From the IMG/VR virus record IMGVR_UViG_3300021425_003021, positions 1 to 64,000 of that record: a DNA stretch of 64,000 bases. The stretch is one strand, 5' to 3'. Below, one piece after another: positions 1-8,333 of the stretch; position 1 is the stretch's first letter; each line of letters starts with the position of its first letter. The notes under the pieces are model-generated. The model searched no databases and was not told the origin of the DNA. It saw only the letters and a program-made list of their open reading frames with translations. Position numbers and translations under genes: made by a program. Source of the DNA: a virus.

Positions 1-692
1 ATTCTGCTAGTTGATGCATCGTCTTCAAAATCGAAAGTTTCAACTTTAGTTGGTGTTGTTTCACCAGATTGGATACCTTTTTGGAAATTTTGTGCATTAT
101 AGCCAACAACAAAATCTTCTAGTAACCTTGCAGTAACTAATGCATCATCATCATTTGGTAAAGTTAATTTAGTATTAGTACTCGGATTAGTTGTAATGCT
201 ACTGCCAGTATAATCATATACTTGCCTTTCATAATCAGTAGTACCTGTAACAGTTACTATTCCTGTACCTTCTGCTAATAAGGTTAGATTATTTGCACCG
301 GTGGTATCTGCTTTGATACTACTTGCATATAAGCCTTGTACAGCACCAGTTTGATCTTGTAAAATCCAACTTCCTTGACGACTGATGCCACCGCTGACAC
401 TGTTTAATCTTTCGTCGAAAAATACATATGCATCATTTGCAACTCCTCGATCAACAATTAAACCAGCTGTGTTTAATGTAACACCATTTCCTGTTTCACC
501 AGAATTGACTGTAATAGTATTATCTTCTACAAGAAGATCACTAGAACCAATCGATGTGCTTTCACCTTGAACTGCAAGGTCACCAGTGACTGTAACTGAG
601 CCACCAGGACCTACATCTAATTCAATACTGCCGCCGTCATCAACTCTAATTACATAAGAATCTGCACCGATTTTATTGATACGCTGAGCCAT
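1..692 (-). CDS. Virion structural / tail-fibre-like protein (partial, runs off window start)
   Basis: Not in the ORF track. ATG at 692 with AGGAG RBS; reads MAQRINKIGADSYVIRVDDGGSIELDVGPGGSVTVTGDLAVQGESTSIGSSDLLVEDNTITVNSGETGNGVTLNTAGLIVDRG and stays open to position 1. The VTGDLxVxG...VEDNxI pattern also occurs in fibre gene 44648-46543. Confidence 0.75.
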   Translation of the reverse strand, partial: MAQRINKIGADSYVIRVDDGGSIELDVGPGGSVTVTGDLAVQGESTSIGSSDLLVEDNTITVNSGETGNGVTLNTAGLIVDRGVANDAYVFFDERLNSVSGGISRQGSWILQDQTGAVQGLYASSIKADTTGANNLTLLAEGTGIVTVTGTTDYERQVYDYTGSSITTNPSTNTKLTLPNDDDALVTARLLEDFVVGYNAQNFQKGIQSGETTPTKVETFDFEDDASTSR

Positions 693-705
693 CTGTTATC
701 ACTCC

Positions 706-1071
706 TTAGATTGCAGTCAATCTTAGCAATGATTCTGTAGAGTCGTCTTCTGCTTCCCATGTATAACGATTGTTATCGTAGTCTACTGCTGTTCTGTTGA
801 ATAACTTTTTGATTGCAATTGGATCACCACCGCTTCCGATGCCAATTAGTTGACATTCTAGATTTGCGTTTGGTGCTGAACCGTCTGATGTAAGTCTGCA
901 TACTCTTGTGATTGTGTCACCATCGTTTGAACAGTTAAATTTATTTGTTCCTCTTTGTGAAAGAATATATCCTTCAATTAAACTTGATCCGTCGTGGAAT
1001 CTAATTGGCACCTTTGGTGTTGCGTCTACACCGGTTGCACCGAAGTTTCTTTTATTTACTGGACGTCCCAT
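706..1071 (-). CDS. Conserved small late (probable virion) protein, MGRPVNKRNFG N-terminus
   Basis: Start revised from 1149 to the ATG at 1071, which has a strong AAAAGGAG RBS. TAAATA late promoter at 1153-1158. Confidence 0.7.
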   Translation of the reverse strand: MGRPVNKRNFGATGVDATPKVPIRFHDGSSLIEGYILSQRGTNKFNCSNDGDTITRVCRLTSDGSAPNANLECQLIGIGSGGDPIAIKKLFNRTAVDYDNNRYTWEAEDDSTESLLRLTAI

Positions 1072-1148
1072 TGTTTTTCTCCTTTTTGACGTTCTAGGTC
1101 TACGCAGTGGGTACTGCATAAGTCCGCCTTGCGGCACACTATTTGACA
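1072..1148 (-). promoter_or_regulatory. Structured 5' leader RNA
   Basis: GC-rich leader with hairpins GCC-GCAA-GGC (GNRA loop) and UAUGCAGU-ACCC-ACUGCGUA between the late promoter and the RBS. Confidence 0.55.
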
Positions 1149-1152
1149 TATG

Positions 1153-1158
1153 TATTTA
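1153..1158 (-). promoter_or_regulatory. T4-type late promoter (TAAATA)
   Basis: TAAATA in the intergenic space upstream of the 706-1071 gene. The motif recurs before most structural genes. Confidence 0.7.
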
Positions 1159-1189
1159 TCAAAAAAGAAAAAATGGGTTATAATGTCGT

Positions 1190-1222
1190 AAAAAAAGGCC
1201 TGCTAAAATGTAGCAGACCTTT
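1190..1222 (-). terminator. Rho-independent terminator of the ncRNA
   Basis: AAAGGTCTGCTA...TAGCAGGCCTTTTTT stem-loop followed by a T-run on the minus strand. Confidence 0.8.
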
Positions 1223-1232
1223 CTCTAATAAT

Positions 1233-1447
1233 GTGATAGGTAGGACTAAGGATTACCTACAAGTGCCGTGACATATCCTGTCTACATAACTAGCACAACC
1301 TCACAATAGAATGGTTAGTTCTACTTTCTCTGCAATGCCTTGTCTCCAAGGTCTTACAGCGCCACCACAGCGTGTGAGTCAAGTTACTGCCTATGTGAAG
1401 CAGCGTTTCCTTGCACTATCTAACTAGGACCGTCGTCTTTGTTATGT
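1233..1447 (-). ncRNA. Stand-alone structured ncRNA (~215 nt), possibly manA-like
   Basis: No ORF; has its own sigma70 promoter and terminator. Helices ACAUAAC/GUUAUGU, GAUAG/CUAUC, GUGC/GCAC, CUCAC/GUGAG, CCUUG-GAGA-CAAGG, GUAGAA/UUCUAU, GUAGG/CCUAC. Confidence 0.7.
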
Positions 1448-1451
1448 ACTT

Positions 1452-1479
1452 AATATAGCATATACAAAACAAAAGTCAA
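1452..1479 (-). promoter_or_regulatory. sigma70-type promoter for the ncRNA
   Basis: TTGACT-16 bp-TATATT with an extended -10 (TGc). Confidence 0.65.
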
Positions 1480-1670
1480 CCTATTTTTTTAATATTTTTT
1501 GCATATCTTCTATTGTTTTTTGTTAATTGTTCGTATTCAACACGATCGCCTATTTTTAAAGATTCTTTGTTTTTATCAAACAATACATCAATGCGTGTTT
1601 GTCCAAAAGCATCTGGTCGTATTACACCCTTAATGCCAACAAATTTATAAACTTGTCCTGTGTATATCAT
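1476..1670 (-). CDS. Cold-shock-domain (OB-fold)-like small protein
   Basis: MIYTGQVYKF..KGVIRPD..G..DVLF....SLKIGDRVEYE.....RYAKNIK follows the CspA strand pattern. AGGAG RBS before the ATG at 1670; TAAATA at 1688-1693. Confidence 0.6.
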   Translation of the reverse strand: MIYTGQVYKFVGIKGVIRPDAFGQTRIDVLFDKNKESLKIGDRVEYEQLTKNNRRYAKNIKKIG

Positions 1671-1696
1671 TTGCACTCCTTGCAAATTATTTAATC

Positions 1697-1725
1697 AAAA
1701 AAATAGGCCCCGTAGGGCCTATTTT
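1697..1725 (-). terminator. Rho-independent terminator after major capsid gene
   Basis: AAAATAGGCCC-TACG-GGGCCTATTTTTTT, a cUACGg tetraloop hairpin with a T-run. Confidence 0.9.
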
Positions 1726-1742
1726 GACATTGTAAGTATAAC

Positions 1743-2915
1743 TTAGCTGAAGCTTAGGTTTGCTGCTGTTACTTCTACTTTTTCCAAGTAGTCAGCTGCG
1801 TTACCTAGCGACGATGCTGTGTTTGACAACTCAACATAACCATAACGAGTCATGAAGCTCACGACTGGCTCGAATGATGTTGGATCTAGTACAACACCGC
1901 TTGACATTAGTGGGATGTATGGGCAGTAGAACGCTGCTGCGTCTGACTCTGAAGTACCCTTATAACCTACTAGTACGTCATCATCTGCTGCGTATGTGTT
2001 TACGTAAATTTTCATTGCGCCATTCAATGTACCAACCATTTTTGTGTTTGTTGGTGCTTCAAATGTGCCTTCAGTTGTACGTGCAAACGCTGATGTTGTT
2101 GCTGATTGTAGTACTGTTAGGATCGCTGGAGAAACAACTGCCCAGTTACCTGCGCCTCTGCGTGTTCTTTGTGCGATACGGTTTGCTGCACGGTTAACCA
2201 ATACTGCCAATGCTGCGTGTTCGTCACCTACGAATGTAGCTGTACCTGAAACTGCTGCTTGGTTGTATGTGTCTGTACCTGTGCCTGCTAGTGTTGCAAG
2301 AGATGCAAGAATCTCTTGGTCGATTTCAGCAGTAATTTCTTGTGCAAGTGCTGCCATGATTTCTGCTTCTACATCGATACCGTGCTGTGACTGTGCATCC
2401 TGTGCTGCCTCAAATGTCCAACGTGCTGATAGCTTACGTGATTTAGCTTCAACAGTTTGCTTCAAGATCTGAATGCTTAGTTTGTTACCAGCTGCACCTT
2501 CTAGTGCCGCAGTTGCGTCAGCTTTTGCTGTTGTAGCATTACCTGAATATGCTTCTGCGATTTTAAATGGTGACAGTGCTTCTTCACCAGCTACTGCGCC
2601 TGCTGCGCCTGTACCTGCTGTGTCGCTGTAGCGTACACGTAGTGTGTGAATCTGACCAACTGGACCAGTCATTGGTTGTACACCAACAATCTCGTTTGCA
2701 ATGACAGTTGGCATCACACGTCTGATTACTGGTAGGATAACACGGTTAAGTGTTGCGATATTACCGGCAGAGGTAGCACCAGCAGTTGCAGTCTCAGCCA
2801 AATACTTGCGTGTATTTTCTAGCGTTGACGCCATTACTGCTTTCTTATTGCCTTGTAGGCCTTCAAGAAGTGCTGTTTTAGTCTCTTGCCAGCGACTTTC
2901 TAGTAGTTCTGACAT
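1743..2915 (-). CDS. gp23: Major capsid protein (T4 gp23-like)
   Basis: RRVMPTVIANEIVGVQPMTGPVGQI, KSRKLSARWTFEAAQD, AEIDQEIL, FYCPYIPL and FMTRYG motifs of gp23. Confidence 0.97.
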   Translation of the reverse strand: MSELLESRWQETKTALLEGLQGNKKAVMASTLENTRKYLAETATAGATSAGNIATLNRVILPVIRRVMPTVIANEIVGVQPMTGPVGQIHTLRVRYSDTAGTGAAGAVAGEEALSPFKIAEAYSGNATTAKADATAALEGAAGNKLSIQILKQTVEAKSRKLSARWTFEAAQDAQSQHGIDVEAEIMAALAQEITAEIDQEILASLATLAGTGTDTYNQAAVSGTATFVGDEHAALAVLVNRAANRIAQRTRRGAGNWAVVSPAILTVLQSATTSAFARTTEGTFEAPTNTKMVGTLNGAMKIYVNTYAADDDVLVGYKGTSESDAAAFYCPYIPLMSSGVVLDPTSFEPVVSFMTRYGYVELSNTASSLGNAADYLEKVEVTAANLSFS

Positions 2916-2925
2916 AGTTATCTCC

Positions 2926-4020
2926 TTAATTTAAACCAGCTAAACGCTTGATGTCAACCACATTATGGTCGGCGCTTGCTGTCATATCAGTATTTTTTGT
3001 TTCTCTATTGCCTGTTACTTCTTTTGCCTCTGCTAGTACTGCCTTCTTTGTTGGACTCTTGCCGTCGATAACTGCCGGTAAGTATTTTTCAAATTGATTT
3101 TGTAATTTATCAGTTTGAACTGATTCTAACAAGTCCATCATTATTTCTTTTTGGTCAATGCTCAAAGGAGCAATTAAACTATCAATCTTTGCTTTGCGTG
3201 ACACTGACTCAGTAAGTTTTTTGTTCTCATTAGCCTGTGATTCTGCAAGCTTAATTGCTTTTGCCGCTGCTACTTTTGCTTCTGCTAATTGTTTGTCTTT
3301 AGCACCAACAACTTTTAGAAGTTTTTGTGTTTCACTCTTCTCGTTTAGATATGAGTGTTGATATTCGTTAGCAAATGCTTCGAATAGTTTGCGACCAAAA
3401 TCGTTTTCACGTGCTGCTTCAATATCTTCTTTAAGTGCTGAAATTTCTTTTGTAAGTCCTTTTGACACTGTTTCTGATACCAAGGCTGCACTTTTCTTAA
3501 TAAAGTTTGATTTAACTGTATTAAGATGTTCTTTGGCTTCACGTACAATACGTACTTTTGTTTCAGCCAAGTCTTTTTTATCTTCGTAAAATTCTGCAAG
3601 TTCTTTAGCAAGTGATTCAACTACAAATTCTTCTAAAGCAACAAACTTGTCTGCCATTGCTTTTTGATCTGAATGTAGTTCTTTAATTTCTGTAGCAAGT
3701 TGCTCAGAAACGAAAGTCTTCATTAGTTCTGCATTTTTACGCTGAGCAACTGCAAATTTTGCTTTTGCTTCTGCTAGTTGCTTACGGTCTTCTTGGAATT
3801 CTGCAATTTCTTCTGCAAGTTTTTCAGATACAAGACTATCAATGGCTTCAACCATAGTTGATTTGTCGTGCTCATACTTTTTTGCAAATTCTTCACGTAA
3901 TTCAGCAGTAACCTCAAGGCGATTTTCTTTCACCTTAGCGTTCCATGCTTCTGCTAATTCAGAACGTACTTCTTCCGATAGTGCGTCATTTTCGAAGAGA
4001 TTTTTTAGTACATCTACCAT
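2926..4020 (-). CDS. gp22: Prohead core scaffold protein (gp22-like)
   Basis: Coiled-coil E/K/A-rich protein between the protease and capsid genes; FGRKLFEAF motif. Confidence 0.85.
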   Translation of the reverse strand: MVDVLKNLFENDALSEEVRSELAEAWNAKVKENRLEVTAELREEFAKKYEHDKSTMVEAIDSLVSEKLAEEIAEFQEDRKQLAEAKAKFAVAQRKNAELMKTFVSEQLATEIKELHSDQKAMADKFVALEEFVVESLAKELAEFYEDKKDLAETKVRIVREAKEHLNTVKSNFIKKSAALVSETVSKGLTKEISALKEDIEAARENDFGRKLFEAFANEYQHSYLNEKSETQKLLKVVGAKDKQLAEAKVAAAKAIKLAESQANENKKLTESVSRKAKIDSLIAPLSIDQKEIMMDLLESVQTDKLQNQFEKYLPAVIDGKSPTKKAVLAEAKEVTGNRETKNTDMTASADHNVVDIKRLAGLN

Positions 4021-4033
4021 TACTTTCTCCTCG

Positions 4034-4654
4034 TTATTGGAGTCTGCTTATTATGTTTAATAAGCTCTCTTTTAAATATTTTTGTGCCTTTTTGTCGCCT
4101 TGGACTTCTTTTGAAGTTAAAAATGCCTTGTATCCACCTCTTTCGTTCATTAAATGTTCGTAAATAGGTGTCGGATACGCACCGGGGGCGCTTGGTTGTG
4201 CCACAACGTCCACAGTAATTATTTCAAATCCGCCAACGTTTCCGCTGCCGTCAACCTCACCACTACCTCTCGATGAAACGCCTAGTTTGACGCTGCTTTC
4301 AAGCATTGTTTTAACTAATTGTCCCATCGGAGTCGGTAGTATTTTTAGTTTACCATAACCATTAGGTCCGTCCATCCACATTTCGTTAATCATATGGCTA
4401 ACACGGTCCAAGTTAATATTAAGTCCATCAGGATGATCTACTTCACCTAACACTGAGTAGCCGCCACTAATTTGTTCGTTGAGTGTGGTGACAGCCCTGC
4501 TAATCTCATTTACGGGATAAACACGCTGGTTGGCGTTTTTGACTCCGCCTTGAATACAAATTCCTTTCATATAAAGGTCTTTGCCGTCATTAGCAGACTC
4601 AACTACCATTCTAGCAGCATCAAAACTCAAATGTTCGTTCAGTATTTTCATCAA
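4034..4654 (-). CDS. gp21: Prohead protease (gp21-like)
   Basis: KNANQRVYP, LGEVDHP, TPMGQLV, LGVSSRGSG and DVVAQPSAPGAY motifs. Confidence 0.95.
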   Translation of the reverse strand: MMKILNEHLSFDAARMVVESANDGKDLYMKGICIQGGVKNANQRVYPVNEISRAVTTLNEQISGGYSVLGEVDHPDGLNINLDRVSHMINEMWMDGPNGYGKLKILPTPMGQLVKTMLESSVKLGVSSRGSGEVDGSGNVGGFEIITVDVVAQPSAPGAYPTPIYEHLMNERGGYKAFLTSKEVQGDKKAQKYLKESLLNIISRLQ

Positions 4655-4661
4655 TCAGTCC

Positions 4662-5606
4662 TTAAGCGCCAAGTGTTGATTTTGTATTAGCGCCGTTGTC
4701 TCCCTTTGCAGGGGCTTTTGCTGCGTTCATTTTTGCAGCTTTTCCACCAGGAACATTTACGTTACCAGCGGTATCTTGTTTTGGAGCACTTGCGCCTGTG
4801 CCTTTTTCATCTGCTGAACCGCCTTTTGCGATGTTTGCTGATGTACCACCCATATCATTTTTACCTGCTACTGGTGATTTTGCATTTGCGCCGTTGTCGC
4901 CCATTGTTGCTGACACTTTATCTGTGTACTCACGCATAATTTCTGTTTGTGACTTTGGTGCTTTTGACTCTTCTACTTCTTCGTCAGCTGCTTCTTCTAC
5001 TTCTTCGTCTTCAAAAGCAATTGCTTCTTCTTCAGCTTCTTCGTCATCGTCACCTTCTTCTGAATCCATATCCATTGGCATATCGTCGTCACCTGCTTCG
5101 TCGTCTGCTGGTGCTTCGTCGTCCATCATTGCTTCAAATTCAGCTTTTAGTGCTTCTAGTTCGTCTTCTAGATCCATTACACGATCTTCGATGTCACCGT
5201 CGTCATCCATACCCATATCGTCGTCGCCTGCGTCCATATCCATGTCGTCGCCTGCATCTGGCATTTCGATGTCGCCCATCATATCGTCTGTTGGGTCTGC
5301 TTCTGCTACGTCAAAGAAACTTTCGTCTACTTCTTCGTCAGTTGCTTCGTCTAGGTCTTCCTCTGACTCGTCTACTTCTTCGTCAGTTGCTTCGTCTAGA
5401 TCTTCTTCTGATTCATCTACTTCTTCATCAGTAGCTTCATCAACTTCTTCGTCAGTTGTTTCTTCTACTTCTTCATCTTCAAGTAGTGATTCGTAAATAT
5501 CTCTTGATTTTTCTACCACGATTTCGTGGAATAGTTCTGCTGCTTTTTCGCGATCTTCGTTAACAAGATGCTCAAGCATTTCTTCAAACTTGTTGCGGTC
5601 AGTCAT
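4662..5606 (-). CDS. Highly acidic prohead core / internal scaffold protein (gp67/68 position)
   Basis: D/E-rich repeats plus a G/A/K-rich C-terminus; lies between portal and protease; TAAATA at 5647-5652; AAGGAG RBS. Confidence 0.7.
   Translation of the reverse strand: MTDRNKFEEMLEHLVNEDREKAAELFHEIVVEKSRDIYESLLEDEEVEETTDEEVDEATDEEVDESEEDLDEATDEEVDESEEDLDEATDEEVDESFFDVAEADPTDDMMGDIEMPDAGDDMDMDAGDDDMGMDDDGDIEDRVMDLEDELEALKAEFEAMMDDEAPADDEAGDDDMPMDMDSEEGDDDEEAEEEAIAFEDEEVEEAADEEVEESKAPKSQTEIMREYTDKVSATMGDNGANAKSPVAGKNDMGGTSANIAKGGSADEKGTGASAPKQDTAGNVNVPGGKAAKMNAAKAPAKGDNGANTKSTLGA
5320..5480 (-). repeat. Coding tandem repeat (45-nt unit, EATDEEVDESEEDLD)
   Basis: TCGTCTACTTCTTCGTCAGTTGCTTCGTCTAG occurs twice with a 45-nt period, plus degenerate copies. 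Confidence 0.85.
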
Positions 5607-5699
5607 TGTTAATCTCCTTTAATTATCTTTACAAGGCTGTCTATTATATTTACACTTTTTAGAAAATATACGCTTAAAATGGGGTCAAAACAGCGTATT

Positions 5700-6314
5700 T
5701 TAAGATTTTAATGGTGTAATCCCAAAAAAATCAATAAAATTATTCATTGTAATGTGTGTTAAGTTTTTACAATCTCTTAAGTTATCTGGTATATAACTGT
5801 CCTCATTTTCTATTACTCTAACATATTTAGTTCTTTGAAACTGATTTATACAGGTCATTGTTTGTCTTTGCCAATTTCCAAAATATGTTGCCCTATCGTT
5901 CAAATTTTTGTAATTTTTTGTACCTGCATACACATTGTTTACTAATTCTTGTTTTTCCCCTAATCCAACATAATCAAACCCTAAAATGTAAATTTTAGCA
6001 TTATCATGAACACTTGCCATATGCAAAGCTGTAGGTCCGCTACTCCAACCTTTGTTTGGATTAAATTTATTAATATTAGGATCTTGTCTTGTTAATTTGT
6101 TAGGATTACTCCATACTTGATGATCATGATGATAGTTAGTTTTTTGAATTTCCATTATCATTTTTGTATCAACTGCTACAAGATAATCAGGAGCAAATGT
6201 TCTATACAGTGCATTGCACCCATACACTGTGCCATGTTGTTTCAAATCAATAGGATTAATTTTTTTACGACTTGTGCCATTACCTAGCACAAATGCAATA
6301 GATTTTTTTGACAT
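5700..6314 (-). CDS. Maf/MptE-like (DUF115-type) glycosyltransferase-fold protein
   Basis: AFVLGNGTSR...YGCNA...PDYLVAVD...WSSGPTALHMA...IYILGFD pattern. Confidence 0.6.
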   Translation of the reverse strand: MSKKSIAFVLGNGTSRKKINPIDLKQHGTVYGCNALYRTFAPDYLVAVDTKMIMEIQKTNYHHDHQVWSNPNKLTRQDPNINKFNPNKGWSSGPTALHMASVHDNAKIYILGFDYVGLGEKQELVNNVYAGTKNYKNLNDRATYFGNWQRQTMTCINQFQRTKYVRVIENEDSYIPDNLRDCKNLTHITMNNFIDFFGITPLKS

Positions 6315-6327
6315 TTTTTACCTTTTG

Positions 6328-6573
6328 TTAAACTTGTGCTGCTGCCTGTGCAGCCAGTCCATACATTTGTTTAACAAAATCTAATTCTTTTGAAGTCTCT
6401 TTTTGATGACTATCAGCAGCTTTACGAGCCTTATTAATATCTTTTAAAGAAAGCCTTGTTTTTCTAGAATTATCTATTTTCATCACACTTGTATCGTCCT
6501 TAGGACTGTATGTAAGGTCTTCGATTGGTTCTAAGTTTTCTTTGTCAAAGTAAAAAAGTTCTCGTAGTATCAT
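6328..6573 (-). CDS. Small head-module protein (hypothetical)
   Basis: 81-aa ORF directly after the portal; TATAAATA 5 nt upstream of the ATG. Confidence 0.7.
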   Translation of the reverse strand: MILRELFYFDKENLEPIEDLTYSPKDDTSVMKIDNSRKTRLSLKDINKARKAADSHQKETSKELDFVKQMYGLAAQAAAQV

Positions 6574-6581
6574 AGTATTAT

Positions 6582-8333
6582 TTATACAGTTTGGTCAGTT
6601 GGTTCTGCCTCTGCTCCTCCAAAATCATCTCCTGTGGCTGTTTCAGGAGGTGTGCCTTCGCCGCCTTCAATTGCTCCTGCACCGTCATCTAAGCCAGTTT
6701 CTAAGCCGCCAAAGTCGTCTGCAATGCCTGCACCTGATAACGATGCTGCGGCGCCACCCATTCCACCTTCTGGCTGCGCAAGTGCTGCATCAAGATTATC
6801 TTGGTTTTCTTCACGCCACAATCTTTCGTTCTCTGCAATTTCTTCATCGCTAAGTCCTAGGAAACGTTTTAATGCAAATCTATTTGACATAAACGGAACA
6901 GCTTGTATTGTACTAAATGTACTAATTCTATTATTATCAAGTTCAGCTTGTCTATATGCAGCAAAGTTTTGCGGAGGAGTTAATTCTAAATCAAACATTG
7001 AATAATCAACATTCACTCCTTTATTACGCAGGTATAATTTAAATTCTAAATTAAAAACTTCTTCAAGCATTCCTTGTAAACGTTCGCAATATTTGTTAAA
7101 GCGTAATTCTTGAATATATGCTGTGCCTACTCGTCCATCATTATACTGCGATGCGCCATCATCAGCTCCTGTGGGTAGGTAAGAACTAGGTATACGTAAG
7201 CCACGCACCAACTTGTTAGTAAAATACCTAAGATCATCAATTTCTCCTAAGTTAGTACCGCCTGGCAGTGTTTCAACTTTAGATCCACGCCCTTCAGCAG
7301 TTTGTGGAAAGAAGTAGTCTTCGTTGATTGACAGTGGGTTATATGAACTGTCTATAACATTTGTACCACCACCTGTCTTGGATGGGATTCGTCTTTGGTG
7401 TATTTCCGTTTTAACACGCTCCACAAACTGCATAGCAAGGTGTGAAGGCATATTGCCCACATCAACGTAGAATACTCTGCGCTCTGGCGCACGTTGGACA
7501 CGATAGATAATAATTGCATCTTCTAATAATTCTTTTTGTTTATAAACTTTAAAAATACTTTCTAGTAATGAATTACCAAAAGGATAGTTTTGATCTAATC
7601 CTTCGCTCATACTTAGGTGTACAACATGATTTGCATCTACAAAAGTTTCACTTTGATCAGTTTGCCATCTACTGGTGCCAGATGGTGGTGTAGCACTTCC
7701 AGTAGCAGCTTTTTGACTTACAGTTTGATAACCCGAAGTTCCACCTGGTCCATAACTATTTTGAGTATTCAATGGTGTTGCTTCTAATGCATCAAATGCA
7801 AAATTTAAATTTTTAACAACATATTGTTCAGGCTTTTTGCCTTCACTTTCGTTAACAATAATCTTAGTAACTTGGCTTGGATCAACATGAAACCATTTTT
7901 GTGTTTCAGGATCTCTAATAAAAAATTGATCACCATACTTAAACGCATTTCTAACAATTCTAAACATTCTTGTGTCAAATTGTTGAATTCTGCACCATTG
8001 TTTTAAGTATTCGCCTAAAATTTGTACTTCAGAATTGTTGGCAGATTTTTTAAAATTAATGTTAAAATGTGTATCGTTTTCTTTTGCTTTTTGAGAACAA
8101 AACTCAGCAAGAATATCTAGTGCAGCATTTACTTCACTATCACTATCCATAGTGTTATATTGATTATATCTTTCTATTCTATTTGGAGATCCAACATAAA
8201 CATCGGGCAAGTGTGAAGAATAGTTTGCCGCAGCAGGTCCTGGTCCGGCAGTGCCTCTTTGACTAAATGGGCTATAACTTCCATTTGGATTATTACCTGT
8301 TGGTACTGGTGTAAAATGTTTTTTCCAACTCAC
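6582..8333 (-). CDS. gp20: Portal vertex protein (gp20-like)
   Basis: LLEDAIIIYRVQRAPERRVFYVDVGNMP, EDYFFP, VETLPGG and LRIPSSYL motifs. GTG start overlaps the upstream stop (GTGA). Confidence 0.97.
   Translation of the reverse strand: MSWKKHFTPVPTGNNPNGSYSPFSQRGTAGPGPAAANYSSHLPDVYVGSPNRIERYNQYNTMDSDSEVNAALDILAEFCSQKAKENDTHFNINFKKSANNSEVQILGEYLKQWCRIQQFDTRMFRIVRNAFKYGDQFFIRDPETQKWFHVDPSQVTKIIVNESEGKKPEQYVVKNLNFAFDALEATPLNTQNSYGPGGTSGYQTVSQKAATGSATPPSGTSRWQTDQSETFVDANHVVHLSMSEGLDQNYPFGNSLLESIFKVYKQKELLEDAIIIYRVQRAPERRVFYVDVGNMPSHLAMQFVERVKTEIHQRRIPSKTGGGTNVIDSSYNPLSINEDYFFPQTAEGRGSKVETLPGGTNLGEIDDLRYFTNKLVRGLRIPSSYLPTGADDGASQYNDGRVGTAYIQELRFNKYCERLQGMLEEVFNLEFKLYLRNKGVNVDYSMFDLELTPPQNFAAYRQAELDNNRISTFSTIQAVPFMSNRFALKRFLGLSDEEIAENERLWREENQDNLDAALAQPEGGMGGAAASLSGAGIADDFGGLETGLDDGAGAIEGGEGTPPETATGDDFGGAEAEPTDQTV

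Noticed and set aside
1072-1149. N-terminal extension of ORF 706-1149, and plus-strand ORF 908-1183
   Set aside because: The strong RBS is at the ATG at 1071 and the extension coincides with RNA hairpins. The plus-strand ORF is an antisense shadow.
1233-1447. tRNA, tmRNA, 6S or a known small ribozyme
   Set aside because: No cloverleaf, T-loop or CCA end, no tag ORF, not a single long rod, and no hammerhead CUGAUGA/GAAA core.
5320-5480. Direct repeats as a possible CRISPR or TIGR-like array
   Set aside because: They are in-frame coding repeats with no unique spacers, and no Cas or Nop-domain gene is nearby.
4696-5496. 266-aa Ser-rich plus-strand ORF, and the Leu/Arg-rich ORFs at 4706-5434
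   Set aside because: Antisense shadows of the GAA/GAC-rich acidic gene; no RBS or promoter.
5665-5700. ATACGCT...AGCGTAT inverted repeat as a terminator
   Set aside because: Large loop and weak stem; the arm overlaps the putative upstream late-promoter element, which explains it at least as well.
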